A DNA stretch of 64,000 bases from Promethearchaeota archaeon (GCA_016839555.1 JAEOUA010000001.1:160001-224000), one strand, 5' to 3'; shown: positions 38,478 through 49,565, counted from the first letter of the stretch. The notes: generated by a model not told the origin, from the letters alone. Translations and numbers: made by a program.

Positions 38478-39521
38478 TTATACTGATTTTATAAATTGAA
38501 TAATTTTTTTTATCTTATTCTGATTTAGGTTCAATCTAGGAGAGTTATAAATCGAATACATTAAATTTTCTTGCCTAACATAATCTTGGATTTTTTTAAA
38601 AGATTTTTTTAAAATTTCAGATGAAATTTCAAGAGATTTTGGAGATATATCCAAGTTAATGTCATTAAAAAATTCTAGAATTTCTTCAATAGAAAATTCA
38701 GCAATATCTTCTTGTAAATAGAGACTGATTAAAATATTCATTCCAATGATTTGGCCATGAATATAATGAGAATGTGTAATAGATTCGATACAATATGCTA
38801 GAAAATGCTCGCTCCCTTCTTCAGGCCTTGCATTTCCCCATTTATTACATAAAGTTACTTCTCGAAAAAATCCTTCAACCAACGCTTTTATTCCTTTATC
38901 ATTAACATCTCTAATATCATTTTTTGATTTCATTAGGTCTTTTGCAATAGTTTTTGCTTGATCAAAAGTATCTTTATCAAATCTTTCATGATTTTCTTTA
39001 TAGGCCAATTTCCAATCCCCCAGAGCAGAAGTTATAGATATCGTATCTGAAACACCTGCTCTATTTAAATATTTGGGGGCCTGCTTTATAAGATCATAAT
39101 CAATTATGATTTTTTTGGGAGAGCTTTCTCCAATATAATTAACGTTATTGTCATATCTCACTGCAATTGAAGAACATAAAAACGCATCCACAGAGATGAT
39201 TGAAGGAACTAATATTAAATCTAATTCAAGTCCAACTTCTTCTTTTAATTTCCATGATAAATATTTAGCGGTATCACAAGAAGTACCCCCTCCTATTCCG
39301 ACAATAGTATAAGAATCATTAAACAAATCTTTTAAGCTGAGATAGAGTTCTCTGAGATGTTTAATATCCATAGAATTATTAAAGCTAACTTTTAAGGGAA
39401 TATTACTAATTTTTGGCTTTAGGATATCCCAAGGTTCCTTCATAGTGACTATTAAACACTTATCTAATGCATTTAATGTCTCTACTGCAATCCCTTTTCC
39501 ATAAATAGGTTTGATAACCAT
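38478..39521 (-). CDS. sn-glycerol-1-phosphate dehydrogenase-like (EgsA/AraM, DHQS-like fold) dehydrogenase
   Basis: GIGGG..DTAK, PSIISVDAF, RAGVSD, EGSEH, HG. Confidence 0.8.
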   Translation of the reverse strand: MVIKPIYGKGIAVETLNALDKCLIVTMKEPWDILKPKISNIPLKVSFNNSMDIKHLRELYLSLKDLFNDSYTIVGIGGGTSCDTAKYLSWKLKEEVGLELDLILVPSIISVDAFLCSSIAVRYDNNVNYIGESSPKKIIIDYDLIKQAPKYLNRAGVSDTISITSALGDWKLAYKENHERFDKDTFDQAKTIAKDLMKSKNDIRDVNDKGIKALVEGFFREVTLCNKWGNARPEEGSEHFLAYCIESITHSHYIHGQIIGMNILISLYLQEDIAEFSIEEILEFFNDINLDISPKSLEISSEILKKSFKKIQDYVRQENLMYSIYNSPRLNLNQNKIKKIIQFIKSV

Positions 39522-39711
39522 ACTTAAATAAAATTTTAGTAATTACTAAGTTCTTTCATTCTTTAAATGTTTAAATGATTTCTTATTCAAAAAAATTAAT
39601 TTGTATTTTTTAGTTATAAATACTAATTTATAAAGAATTAAATGAGTAAATGAAGAATTAATTATTAAAAGTTCATAGCAATTTTAAAATTAAATTTTAA
39701 ATGTGATTTAA

Positions 39712-40758
39712 ATGAAAAATATTAAGGTTGGAATCATAGGCTCTGGATTCATAGCCGAACATCATTGTTATGGATATTCTCTTTTACCAAATGTTGAAAT
39801 AATTGGAGTTTCAGCCTTACATAAAGAAAATCCATTGAAATTAATAAAAAAATTTGACTTAAAATGTGAGTGGTATAAAGATTATCATGAATTATTAAAG
39901 CAGAACTGCGATGTGGTTTCGATTTGCTTACCAAATTATATACATAAAAAAGCTACTATTGACAGTTTACATTCAGGAGCCCATGTGCTTATAGAGAAGC
40001 CTTTAGCTAGAAATCCAGAAGAGGGAATTGAAATGATAGAAGCAGAAAAATCTTCTAATCGTCGAATTTTCTATTGTGAAAATAATATGTATGCCCCCTC
40101 TTTTATTAAAGCCAAAGAAATTATTTCTGAAGGAGCTCTTGGTAATATTTATATGGCAAGAGGAAAAGAACAACATTCAGGTCCGCATTCTGCCTGGTTT
40201 TACAAAAAAGAAAAAGCTGGTGGAGGTGCATTAATAGATTTAGGAATTCATGATATTGCCTGTTTGGTATGGTATTTAGATTGTGAGGTTCTTGAAGTCT
40301 TTTGTCAAACTAGAACTCTAAAGACTGAAAGAGAAAAATTCGGAAAGTGTGAAGTCGAAGATAATGCAGTAGGGATTTTATTATTTGAAAATGATGCTCA
40401 AGTTATTATTGAGGAATCATGGACTGCTCCTGGAGGATATGATATGAGATTCGAAATATTTGGCGAGCAAGGACAAATTAAAGTGTCGCCCACATTTAGT
40501 AATTTAATTAATGTCTACAGTAGGAATGGTTATGGATATGCTCTCGAAAAAGCAGAATCCACTCAAGGGTGGACATTTCCCGTTCCCGCCGAAGCTTGGA
40601 ATTTTGGATATCCACAAGAGATACAGCATTTTATGGATTGCATTATTAATGATAAAAAAACTATAACAAATGGGGAATATGGATTAAAAATTTTAAAAAT
40701 AGTTGATGCAATGTATAAAAGTTCAAGATCAGAAAAACTTGAATCTGTAATCTATTAA
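39712..40758 (+). CDS. Gfo/Idh/MocA family oxidoreductase
   Basis: GIIGSGFIA, IEKPLA, GGGALIDLGIH, VED. Confidence 0.93.
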   Translation: MKNIKVGIIGSGFIAEHHCYGYSLLPNVEIIGVSALHKENPLKLIKKFDLKCEWYKDYHELLKQNCDVVSICLPNYIHKKATIDSLHSGAHVLIEKPLARNPEEGIEMIEAEKSSNRRIFYCENNMYAPSFIKAKEIISEGALGNIYMARGKEQHSGPHSAWFYKKEKAGGGALIDLGIHDIACLVWYLDCEVLEVFCQTRTLKTEREKFGKCEVEDNAVGILLFENDAQVIIEESWTAPGGYDMRFEIFGEQGQIKVSPTFSNLINVYSRNGYGYALEKAESTQGWTFPVPAEAWNFGYPQEIQHFMDCIINDKKTITNGEYGLKILKIVDAMYKSSRSEKLESVIY

Positions 40759-40841
40759 AACAATTTTAAGAGTTTTATTTAACTTCTTTATTTCTTTTTA
40801 GAACTGTTTATATGTAGTTAAAAAAGATATTTCGATTAGCA

Positions 40842-42047
40842 TTACTTTTTTAAAGAACTTATAAAATCAAACACTTTGTCTAATGCTTTTTTCTCTGATA
40901 ATAATATTCTCTGTGGAAATTCAATGCAACGAGAATAAATATCTGACACAATAGGGAAGTTTTTATTATTGCTTTTGAGATCTCCCCAGTTAGCGTTTGA
41001 ATAATCAATACCTTTTCGAAGCTTTATTTCTTTAAAACATCTTAAACTATGAAGTGGAGGGTAACAATTGTCTGTAGGAATTCCATTCTGATTTAATAAC
41101 TTAAAGAACTTCTCTTTACTAATACCTCCAAATTTTTCGGGTCTAAATACGATAGGAAAAATATACCATCCTAATTCTGTTGTTCCAGGAGTGGGCTTCA
41201 TTGTAGTGATCCCCTCTATTTTATTCAATCTTTCTGAAAAATATGTTGCAGTTTCATTTCTTACCTTATGCTGTTTTGGAAATTTTTTCAATTGAGATCT
41301 TAATAAGGCCCCCAAAAATTCACTCATTCGATAATTTGTTCCGTAAACAAAATGTGCATAAGAAAAATGATTTTTCTTTCTCCCACAATCAATAATTGAG
41401 TAAATTTTATCAGCTAATTCGTCATCATTACATATAATTGCGCCCCCTTCTCCACTCGTTAATACTTTTGAGGCTTGAAAGCTAAAAGTGCCAGCATTTC
41501 CCCAATTTCCTGCCCTTTTCCCTTTATATCTGCTACCTTGAGCATGGGCACTATCTTCCACGATTTTAAGATTATTTTTTTGAGCAATATCCACTAATTT
41601 ATCCATCTCTACGGGATTGCCTCCAAGATGAACTGGAATTATTGCTTTAGTTCGTTTGGTAATTAAACCCTCAACTTGATCTACATCCATAACAAAAGTC
41701 TCTGGATTAATATCACAAAAAATTGGTACCGCATTAGCTGCAACTACTGCAGATGCAGAAGCTACAAACGTAAAATCTGAAACAATTACTTCATCACCTA
41801 ATCCTATTCCTAAAGCTAATAATGCGGCCTCGATAGCAACAGTACCGTTAGCTACAGCAATACAATGTTTCGCTTCTTGAAAAGAAGCAAATTCCTCTTG
41901 AAATTTCCAAATATTTTCTCCAGAATGATCTCCTGGAGATCCCGCCCACCATTTGCCAGATTTAACTACATTAGACATTGCTTCAATATCATTTTCATCA
42001 AAAATAGGCCACTCTTGAAAATTCTTCTCTCTTTCTTTTTTAACCAT
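40842..42047 (-). CDS. DegT/DnrJ/EryC1/StrS PLP sugar aminotransferase (RifK/NtdA-like)
   Basis: ANGTVA, PVHLGG, EDSAHAQG, FSFQASKVLTSGEGG, GTNYRM. Confidence 0.93.
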   Translation of the reverse strand: MVKKEREKNFQEWPIFDENDIEAMSNVVKSGKWWAGSPGDHSGENIWKFQEEFASFQEAKHCIAVANGTVAIEAALLALGIGLGDEVIVSDFTFVASASAVVAANAVPIFCDINPETFVMDVDQVEGLITKRTKAIIPVHLGGNPVEMDKLVDIAQKNNLKIVEDSAHAQGSRYKGKRAGNWGNAGTFSFQASKVLTSGEGGAIICNDDELADKIYSIIDCGRKKNHFSYAHFVYGTNYRMSEFLGALLRSQLKKFPKQHKVRNETATYFSERLNKIEGITTMKPTPGTTELGWYIFPIVFRPEKFGGISKEKFFKLLNQNGIPTDNCYPPLHSLRCFKEIKLRKGIDYSNANWGDLKSNNKNFPIVSDIYSRCIEFPQRILLSEKKALDKVFDFISSLKK

Positions 42048-42275
42048 AATAGATTCCCATCATTATCTTATTTTAAAATTTAAAATTATTTACACTATTT
42101 TTAATTTTTTATAAAATCCTAAAATAATCTCATATTCATATAGAAATGCTTCAATTTAAGCAACAAATTAAGATTAATCATATATTCCTTTTTCTTTCTA
42201 ATTAGTATAAAAATTTAAAAAGATCTTTCTGAAATTTAAAGAAATTAAACAATAATGAGAGAAAACATTCAGGAT

Positions 42276-43136
42276 CTATTTTTTAATCCATTTCTCATAT
42301 AAAAAATATGTATTATGCAGTAACATAGCGACGGTCATGGGTCCAACTCCCCCCGGAACAGGAGTGATCTTTTCAACTTTTTCTATAACATCATTGAAAT
42401 CAACATCTCCACATAATTTATCTCCTACTCTATTTATCCCAACGTCTATAATTATGGTGTTTTTCTTTATTTGCTTTTTTTTTATGAAATTTGGTTTTCC
42501 TATTCCAACAATAAGAATATCTGCTTGAAGCGTATAATTTTCAAGGTTTTTTGTATAAACATGACATACTGAAACTGTAGCATCTCTATTTAAAAACATT
42601 TGTGTTAAAGGTCTTCCCAACAGAGTTGAGTGGTTTATAATTGTAATATCTTTTCCTTTAATGGGAATATTATAATGATTTAATAAATTTATAATTCCTT
42701 TTGGGGTGCAAGGAGCCAATTCCTCATTATTATAATAGAGATTACCTAGATTAACGGGATGTAAGCCATCAACATCTTTCTGAGGAATTATATATTTAAT
42801 AATTTCATGAATGTCATTTTGTAAATCGATTGGTAATGGTAATTGCAGCAATATTCCATGAATGTCTTTATTTTGATTTAATATTTTAATTTCTTTTATT
42901 AGTTCTTGTTTAGCTGTATTTTTATCCAATTGAACGATTTTAGTGTCGATCCCAATCTTTTTACATGTCTTCTGTTTGATATTAACATAAATTTTAGATG
43001 CAGGGTCTTCTCCCACTAGAATAGTCGCTAATTTGGGTGTAATACCATATTCTTTCTTTGCCTTTTTTATTTTATTTTCAAGAATTGAATTTAATTCGTT
43101 TGCTATCTTTCTGCCATCAAGAATTTTATTTTCCAA
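42276..43136 (-). CDS. folD: Methylenetetrahydrofolate dehydrogenase/cyclohydrolase
   Basis: ILDG, VGEDPAS..YV, GILLQLPLP, KDVDG, PCTP, DVGIN, GDVD, TPVPGGVGPMT. Confidence 0.97.
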   Translation of the reverse strand: MENKILDGRKIANELNSILENKIKKAKKEYGITPKLATILVGEDPASKIYVNIKQKTCKKIGIDTKIVQLDKNTAKQELIKEIKILNQNKDIHGILLQLPLPIDLQNDIHEIIKYIIPQKDVDGLHPVNLGNLYYNNEELAPCTPKGIINLLNHYNIPIKGKDITIINHSTLLGRPLTQMFLNRDATVSVCHVYTKNLENYTLQADILIVGIGKPNFIKKKQIKKNTIIIDVGINRVGDKLCGDVDFNDVIEKVEKITPVPGGVGPMTVAMLLHNTYFLYEKWIKK

Positions 43137-43306
43137 CCTTTTCTCTTCCTCTAAAACAATCTTACGAATAAAAATATTTTTTCTTTAATGTTTTTAAGTA
43201 AATTTATTAAAAGAATAATATAAATTAATATCTAGTATTAATCATCAATTCATAATATTGAAACTTTAGATTGCGCAGAATAATAAATTATTGGAAATTC
43301 TAAAGC

Positions 43307-43774
43307 CTATTTTATGAAATGAATTCTTCTTTTATCGGTTCTAATAAATTGTTCAAACACAAGATTATTATCTGGAATATATTCCCAGAAATCTTCGTAA
43401 ATATCCTTTAAATTTTGATTCTCTTTCTCATCCTTCAAAGGCTTCGGATAAAAAGTTACTTCATTTCCATTAAGTATTAAATTCTCAAATAATAATTTGT
43501 CTTTTTCAGTTTTAGCATCTTTTCCCTTTTTACTTTCAAATTCATAATCAACTAATTGGTATCCGCGAACTTTATAATTCTTATCAACAAATGCTTGGAA
43601 GGAATGCTCACAAATTAATCCTTTTGGAATTGAAATAGTGGTTAAATTCCTTGCATTATCGACCACAGATTGTGGAAATGATAAACTGTTCGATTTTTTA
43701 CACTTTGGACAGATAAATAAAATTTTGACCGTTTTATATTGGAAGGTTTGTGCTGTGTTTTTAATATTACTCAT
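43307..43774 (-). CDS. Zinc-finger hypothetical protein
   Basis: CPKC...CEHSF metal-binding pattern followed by FVDKNYKVRGYQ..D. Confidence 0.7.
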   Translation of the reverse strand: MSNIKNTAQTFQYKTVKILFICPKCKKSNSLSFPQSVVDNARNLTTISIPKGLICEHSFQAFVDKNYKVRGYQLVDYEFESKKGKDAKTEKDKLLFENLILNGNEVTFYPKPLKDEKENQNLKDIYEDFWEYIPDNNLVFEQFIRTDKRRIHFIK

Positions 43775-44083
43775 TTTACTTTCTAACTAATGATCTTTAT
43801 TATTTTTTAAAAAAAAGGTTTAATATTTAAATATAAATAGACTTAGAATTTAGTAGAACATTAAATAATTAAAGAATAAAATAAAATTAATCAATTACAT
43901 CTATATTAAACAGAAAATTGGGGATTTAAAAAAGATATTATCTAAAAGCCCTCTTCTCAATAAAATTATAAACATAAATATAAATAAAAATATAAGTGAA
44001 AAGTTAATTTATAATTATAAAACTTATACAAATTTTATTTTCAATAAAATTATATTAAATTAAAATTAAGATATCTTTAATTA

Positions 44084-44557
44084 GTGGTGATTATACTGGC
44101 GATTTTGGAAGTTGGTATTAATTTAAGCAATCGCAACATCTTTGAGATTAAGTTTTATACTGATACAAAAAATCCACTAGATGCGGACTTAAGAGCAGGG
44201 TTTTTAACGGCTCTTGAGAGTTTTACATCAGAGATTTTCAATGATGATATAAATGTAGTGTCACTAGCGTCCTTTAAAATGGTTTGTTATACTGAGATTA
44301 TTCGCCTTCCCCTTTCCGAAGAGGAAAATAATGCACAAACCTTAATTTATTATGCTATAATTGAAAAAGAAACAGAAACAGAAATCGTAAAAAAACAGTT
44401 AAAGAAGATTAGCAATCACTTTTTAAATCGCTTTCCGCTTAATGATATTTTTACTAAAAATAAGCAATATTTCAATAAAAAATTCTCAGATAGGGTTAGT
44501 GAAGTCTTGGGCGATTTAAAATTGAAAACAGAAGATAGATTTCGCTCTATTTTTTAA
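44084..44557 (+). CDS. Longin/roadblock-like domain protein
   Basis: Beta-beta-alpha start with DLRAGFLTALESFTSEIF, followed by beta strands and LKKISNHFLNRF helix. Confidence 0.65.
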   Translation: MVIILAILEVGINLSNRNIFEIKFYTDTKNPLDADLRAGFLTALESFTSEIFNDDINVVSLASFKMVCYTEIIRLPLSEEENNAQTLIYYAIIEKETETEIVKKQLKKISNHFLNRFPLNDIFTKNKQYFNKKFSDRVSEVLGDLKLKTEDRFRSIF

Positions 44558-44696
44558 ATTTTAATAAACTAATAGAAATCTTAATTTATAGTTATATCTT
44601 ATAAATTCTAGATTAATTAAAGAGTTTAGATTATTAATACTTATTACTCTATTATAATTATAGATTAAATTTGCTTTAAGAGAGCACTTGATTTAA

Positions 44697-45875
44697 ATGT
44701 CTTCTAATATTGGTCCCGAGGCGAAAGCAGCTTATGAGAAATATTTAGAGGCAAGCTCATTAGAAGAAAAAATAGAACGCTTGGAGCGATTTATTTCTTT
44801 AGTACCTAAACATAAAGCTACAGAAAATATTGTTGCTTTAAATAAGACAAAACTTGCGAAACTTAGAAAACAACTTGAAGAGAGAAAAAAGAAATCTGCT
44901 GTCAAGGTTGTAAGTCCTTTCTCAATAAAAAAGGAGGGACTTCAAATAATCATTTTAAGTGATTATCATGTTCCAGGAGTGGGAAAAACTTCATTATTAA
45001 ATTATTTAACGGGGGCAGCCGAAGAAAAAATCGGAAGATTTAATTCTCTTCCGGAGATTGGCATTTATGATTATAAAGGGATTAGATTCCAAATAGTTGA
45101 TATGCCTTCCTTAATGGAAGGAGCATCACGGGGAAAAGGGAATGGTAAAGAGATATTAGCGCAAGTTAGAGCATGCGATTTAATTTGTATATGTATAGAT
45201 CTCTCTCGAGATATCGATATTCAAATGAATTTAATTTTAAATGAATTAGAGAATGCTGATATCACAATAAATAAATCGCCCCCTCCTATTGATATTGAAA
45301 AAACAGGTTCTAATAATATTCAAGTTCTTTTTCTAACTAAAGAATCTAGGGCTCATATTGAATTATCAGAAAAGATAAAAAAAATTGTATCCGAAACAGG
45401 GATTCAAAATTGCATAGTAAAAATATATGGAGATTTTAATCTTGCTGCTATTTATGAAACTTTAAATCCCTCTCTAGTATATAAGAAGGCAATAATAATT
45501 GCCACTAAAGGGGATCTTCCTCACACTGAACAGAATTTTGAGAGGTTAAAAAATAACTATTCCAATATGTTTCCTATTATAATCGGTAGCAGTATTGAAA
45601 AAAAGGTGTTTCCAGATAATTTTGGAAGTATAATTCTACAATTCCTTAATAAAATTAAAATCTATACTATGGATGCTGATGGAATTTCTGATAAACCATT
45701 GCTCCTAGATAAGGGAGCAAAAGTAAAAGATGCTGCGATTAAAATACATAGAACGTTTGTAGATAATTTTGAGTTTGCAACGATTATTAGAGAAGATGCG
45801 AAACAAACGAAAAAACGAGTAGGTCTGGATTATAAATTAGAAGATAATGATAAATTAGAAATTCATACCTATTAG
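44697..45875 (+). CDS. DRG/OBG-family GTPase with TGS domain, degenerate G motifs
   Basis: PKHKATE, PGVGKTSL..LT, QIVDMP.L.EGA..G.G, TKGD, IH..F...F, RVGLDY.L.D.D. Confidence 0.88.
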   Translation: MSSNIGPEAKAAYEKYLEASSLEEKIERLERFISLVPKHKATENIVALNKTKLAKLRKQLEERKKKSAVKVVSPFSIKKEGLQIIILSDYHVPGVGKTSLLNYLTGAAEEKIGRFNSLPEIGIYDYKGIRFQIVDMPSLMEGASRGKGNGKEILAQVRACDLICICIDLSRDIDIQMNLILNELENADITINKSPPPIDIEKTGSNNIQVLFLTKESRAHIELSEKIKKIVSETGIQNCIVKIYGDFNLAAIYETLNPSLVYKKAIIIATKGDLPHTEQNFERLKNNYSNMFPIIIGSSIEKKVFPDNFGSIILQFLNKIKIYTMDADGISDKPLLLDKGAKVKDAAIKIHRTFVDNFEFATIIREDAKQTKKRVGLDYKLEDNDKLEIHTY

Positions 45876-45876
45876 T

Positions 45877-48576
45877 TTATCCCTCATTCCCCGTTTTTCG
45901 TATTTTTTGTATTATGATGGGGATATTAACCAATTCAGTTTTATAAGACGCATTAAGATCTTCTATTCCATCTGCTATATTTCTCACACTTTCAAAGGAA
46001 TAAATCAAATTTTCAAGATAATCAATTAAATCCCCCTTAAATACTAAAATCTCGTAATATTCTTTCAAATATTCATGAATTTGATCCACTGAAAATCCTT
46101 GTTCGATTCTTAAATTAAGAATAAATGATTCTAAATTTAGTCTGCCACATTCACAATAGGGACTGTCCTTACAAGAACAATTAAATATGTCATTGATCCA
46201 CTTTAACACGAGATCAATAAATTCTCGTGAAAATTTTTTCCGCTTCTTAATATATTCAGCGTCCATAAGTGAAAGAACAGAAGAACTGAAAAAATTATTA
46301 GAAAAATATTTCATATTTACGTTTTTGGAAAGATCGGCAACCACAGCTCTTGATAAATAGACATTTTTTAAGGGTCTCAAATTTAAAACAATCTGTTTAA
46401 TACTTTGCTTTTGATGCCTAATTAAGTTAATAATTTCAAAACTTTGTTCTATAGTTAAAAATGATTTGGCTATAGCTCTTGCTAATCCTGTTGCCTTTAG
46501 CCTATTATTATCTTCTAAGGTGATCAAATTTTTATTTAATAAGGTCTGGATTAAGGAATTTAGTTCATAATATCCGTTGATTAAATTATTATAAAACAAA
46601 TAGAGATTTTCTTTCGCGGTTCCTTTTTTATATATTGAAATAAAAGCAAGAATTTCTGTGAGAATTCGATCTTCATTTGGCTCCAATTCAAAATCTTTAA
46701 TTTTTCCATTTAATAATCTAATTGAAATATCTTCTTCAGTTTTTTCCATCGCAGGCGAATAGACTTTCTCTGGTTGCACTAATAAATAAGCTCTTCCAAT
46801 CTCATGCTTTTTTAATCTTCCCGCTCTACCAAGCATCTGCTCAAATTCAGCAACGCTTAACCATTTAATTCCCATTGCCAGCGATTCAAAAATGACTTGA
46901 CTTGCGGGAAGATCAACACCTGCCGCTAATGCAGCCGTTGCAACAACTCCTGCTATTTTTTGTGATTGAAATTCTGATTCAATCTGCTTTCTTTCAGGAT
47001 TAGTTAATCCTGAATGATATGCTTTTATATTAATACCTATTTTCCCTAAATTTGCCGCAATCAGCTCACATCTCTTTCTTGCATTAGTGAAAATGATTGA
47101 TTGCCCCCTATATCCATATTCTGAGATCTCAGAAAAAGCGGCCCTCACTAAATTTCTTATAGTTTGCAATTTTGTTCTTTCATTTTGGCATAAAATTAGG
47201 TGTCTTTCAATCGGAACTGGCCTATTGGTGTATCGAACTAAATTGCTATCAAGCTTTTTTGCTAGGATTGCTGGCTCACCGACGGTTGCGCTTAAGTAGA
47301 GATATTGTGATTCGGGATAAACTGCTTTTAATCGTGATATTAAACCATCTAATAAGAATCCTCGTTCTGGGTCTATAAGTGTTTGTATTTCATCAATAAT
47401 GATGGTCGAAATCTCACCTAATTTCTCCTTTTTTCCACTTCTCAAAATATAATCTATTGCCTCATAAGTAGCTATAATTATATTCGCATCCTTCAAGTCT
47501 TTCATTTCATAATCATACTCTTCTGTATCCAATAATGATTCCCCCACTCGCTTTATTACTTTTAAACCTAATTGATTATATTTTTCTTGAAATTCTATAT
47601 GTCTAATATTTGCTAATGCTACTATGGGGACTAAATATAGCATTTTTTTAACTGGATCAACAAGAAGTTTTGAAACACCTGCTAATTCGCCGATTAATGT
47701 CTTCCCTCCTGATGTAGGGGCCATAATTAATTGATTAGTATTTTCCGATAATAATCCTCTATCAATAGAAAGCGCTTGAATGGGTAAGAGAGTTGAAATT
47801 TTTGCCTTTTTAAGAAGTTCCTTAAATTCATTAGGTACATTTAAGTCTCTTACTAGATAATTCAAATATTTTTTGTTTATGGGGGTACTTTTTTCTATAT
47901 CATATAACGTAATTTCTCTATTTTCCTTATTTTTTACTGGATTAAAATTTGGTTTAAACGATTTAAGCACTTTTTCAATATCTTTGAATTTTAAAATAAG
48001 ATGGCGGAAAAAATTTTTTAGTTTACCAGAAATTTTTTCGGATGAAACCAAGCCCATAGCCTGAGCACGTCTAAGAACAATTTTCTCGGCACAAGTTGGA
48101 CAAAGAATCTGATTATTGAATGAGTTTATTTGGTGTCCTTTATTCAATATTTTAAATTTTTTTTCATGTAAACAGGTATTGCAAAAAGTTAAATTAATTA
48201 TTTTTTTTGTATCAAACTGAAAACTCTTGAACATTTCCAAAAACGGTTGTTTTTCTTCAAATGAAGCTTGATTTGAAAATGCAACATATTTATTATTCGG
48301 TGAGATTAAGAATTCTTTAAACAGATTGGGATCTATTGGTCTTAATTCATCATTTTCTAATCGTTTATCAAACTTTAAAACGCGTATTTTATCTTTAAAA
48401 TCCAACCCTAAAATAACGGTTCCTTTAAAGAATGGTATAGAGACAAAAGAAAAAGAATGTTTTTTGCTGTCCGTAAGTGATTTAAGATAAAATAGATTAA
48501 TATCATATAGTAATTCTTTTTTCGCTTTCTGGTCTCTATTTATAACTATGAAATAATCTCTTGTTAAAGATTTCAT
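45877..48576 (-). CDS. Archaeal Ski2-like DExx-box helicase with Cys-rich N- and C-terminal motifs
   Basis: LLPIQ, APTSGGKTL, DEIQ, LSAT, YHSGL, TAALAAGVDLPA, QMLGRAGR; CxxC motifs and CSCKDSPYCECG. Confidence 0.92.
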   Translation of the reverse strand: MKSLTRDYFIVINRDQKAKKELLYDINLFYLKSLTDSKKHSFSFVSIPFFKGTVILGLDFKDKIRVLKFDKRLENDELRPIDPNLFKEFLISPNNKYVAFSNQASFEEKQPFLEMFKSFQFDTKKIINLTFCNTCLHEKKFKILNKGHQINSFNNQILCPTCAEKIVLRRAQAMGLVSSEKISGKLKNFFRHLILKFKDIEKVLKSFKPNFNPVKNKENREITLYDIEKSTPINKKYLNYLVRDLNVPNEFKELLKKAKISTLLPIQALSIDRGLLSENTNQLIMAPTSGGKTLIGELAGVSKLLVDPVKKMLYLVPIVALANIRHIEFQEKYNQLGLKVIKRVGESLLDTEEYDYEMKDLKDANIIIATYEAIDYILRSGKKEKLGEISTIIIDEIQTLIDPERGFLLDGLISRLKAVYPESQYLYLSATVGEPAILAKKLDSNLVRYTNRPVPIERHLILCQNERTKLQTIRNLVRAAFSEISEYGYRGQSIIFTNARKRCELIAANLGKIGINIKAYHSGLTNPERKQIESEFQSQKIAGVVATAALAAGVDLPASQVIFESLAMGIKWLSVAEFEQMLGRAGRLKKHEIGRAYLLVQPEKVYSPAMEKTEEDISIRLLNGKIKDFELEPNEDRILTEILAFISIYKKGTAKENLYLFYNNLINGYYELNSLIQTLLNKNLITLEDNNRLKATGLARAIAKSFLTIEQSFEIINLIRHQKQSIKQIVLNLRPLKNVYLSRAVVADLSKNVNMKYFSNNFFSSSVLSLMDAEYIKKRKKFSREFIDLVLKWINDIFNCSCKDSPYCECGRLNLESFILNLRIEQGFSVDQIHEYLKEYYEILVFKGDLIDYLENLIYSFESVRNIADGIEDLNASYKTELVNIPIIIQKIRKTGNEG

Positions 48577-48770
48577 GCAAGAATAATAGACGAACTTTTT
48601 ATTTCCTACTATAGTAAATCATTTCATATTAGTAAAGTTTTATGGTAAAGACTTTAAAGACGTTTTACAACGCAAAAAAAAAGTTGATTTTATTTAAATA
48701 AACAGAATCTTTTTAAAACTATATGCTTAATTGATACATATTAATTAAATAAATTAATAGTAATGAGAAA

Positions 48771-49565
48771 ATGTCTAAAAAAGAATTTAATATACAAGTA
48801 AACGATGTAAAAATTGCATGTTTAAGATGGGGGGAGAGAAATAAAACTCCTATTATGCTTGTTCATGGCTGGACTGGGTTTAAAGAGTTGTGGGATTCCT
48901 TCGCTCCTCAGTTAGAAGAAAAGGGATTTGACGTAGTGGCTCTCGATCTAAGAGGGCATGGTGATTCTTCCAGACCAGAAATGGAATATACCCATGAGGT
49001 TTTTAGTAAGGATATCCTTGAATTAAGCAAAAAGTTGGGATGGGATAAATATTCATTATTAGGGCAATCGATGGGAGGATATATAGTGCTCGATTATGCT
49101 TTACGATTCCCTGACACTCTTACACACGTTATAAGCTCGAACACCTCAGTCTATTTATCAAGAACGTTTATTTCGAAAATTGTGTGGAAATTGACCGTAT
49201 GGATGTATAAAAGAAATCCAGAAAAAATGATGCGAAAAATGTTTCCAAAATTCTTTATGAAACCTCCTCCTGAGGATATTATGGAAGATTTTGTTCAAAA
49301 CTCTTTAAAAACTTCTAAACAAGCAGGATTAAGCGCCATAAAGTACTGTCTTGAGAGAAATCTTGAACCTGAACTACATAAGATAAAAGTTCCCACATTA
49401 GTCATCTCATCGGAATATGATCAATCGACCCTAAGAAAAGCGACCCTTAACATTCATAAATTAATCCCGAATTCTGAACTTGTAGACATACCAGATACAG
49501 GTCATTTGCCCTTCATGGAGAATCCAGACGCATTTTTAAAGGCAATTGTGGATTTCATTAAATAA
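48771..49565 (+). CDS. Alpha/beta hydrolase
   Basis: VHGW, DLRGHG.S, GQSMGG nucleophile elbow, GH near C-terminus. Confidence 0.93.
   Translation: MSKKEFNIQVNDVKIACLRWGERNKTPIMLVHGWTGFKELWDSFAPQLEEKGFDVVALDLRGHGDSSRPEMEYTHEVFSKDILELSKKLGWDKYSLLGQSMGGYIVLDYALRFPDTLTHVISSNTSVYLSRTFISKIVWKLTVWMYKRNPEKMMRKMFPKFFMKPPPEDIMEDFVQNSLKTSKQAGLSAIKYCLERNLEPELHKIKVPTLVISSEYDQSTLRKATLNIHKLIPNSELVDIPDTGHLPFMENPDAFLKAIVDFIK

Noticed and set aside
38478-39521. Assigning gene symbol egsA (lipid backbone G1PDH)
   Set aside because: Divergent N-terminus and sugar-catabolic context; may be an AraM-like paralogue
7678-48064. Many 60-99 aa ORFs antisense or out of frame within clear genes (e.g. 7678, 8796, 9922, 11731, 15648, 19155, 21037, 23230, 25125, 26186, 31841, 32831, 35357, 35472, 36525, 37230, 39749, 41865, 42337, 47087, 47172, 47873)
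   Set aside because: Fully explained as shadow ORFs of well-supported genes
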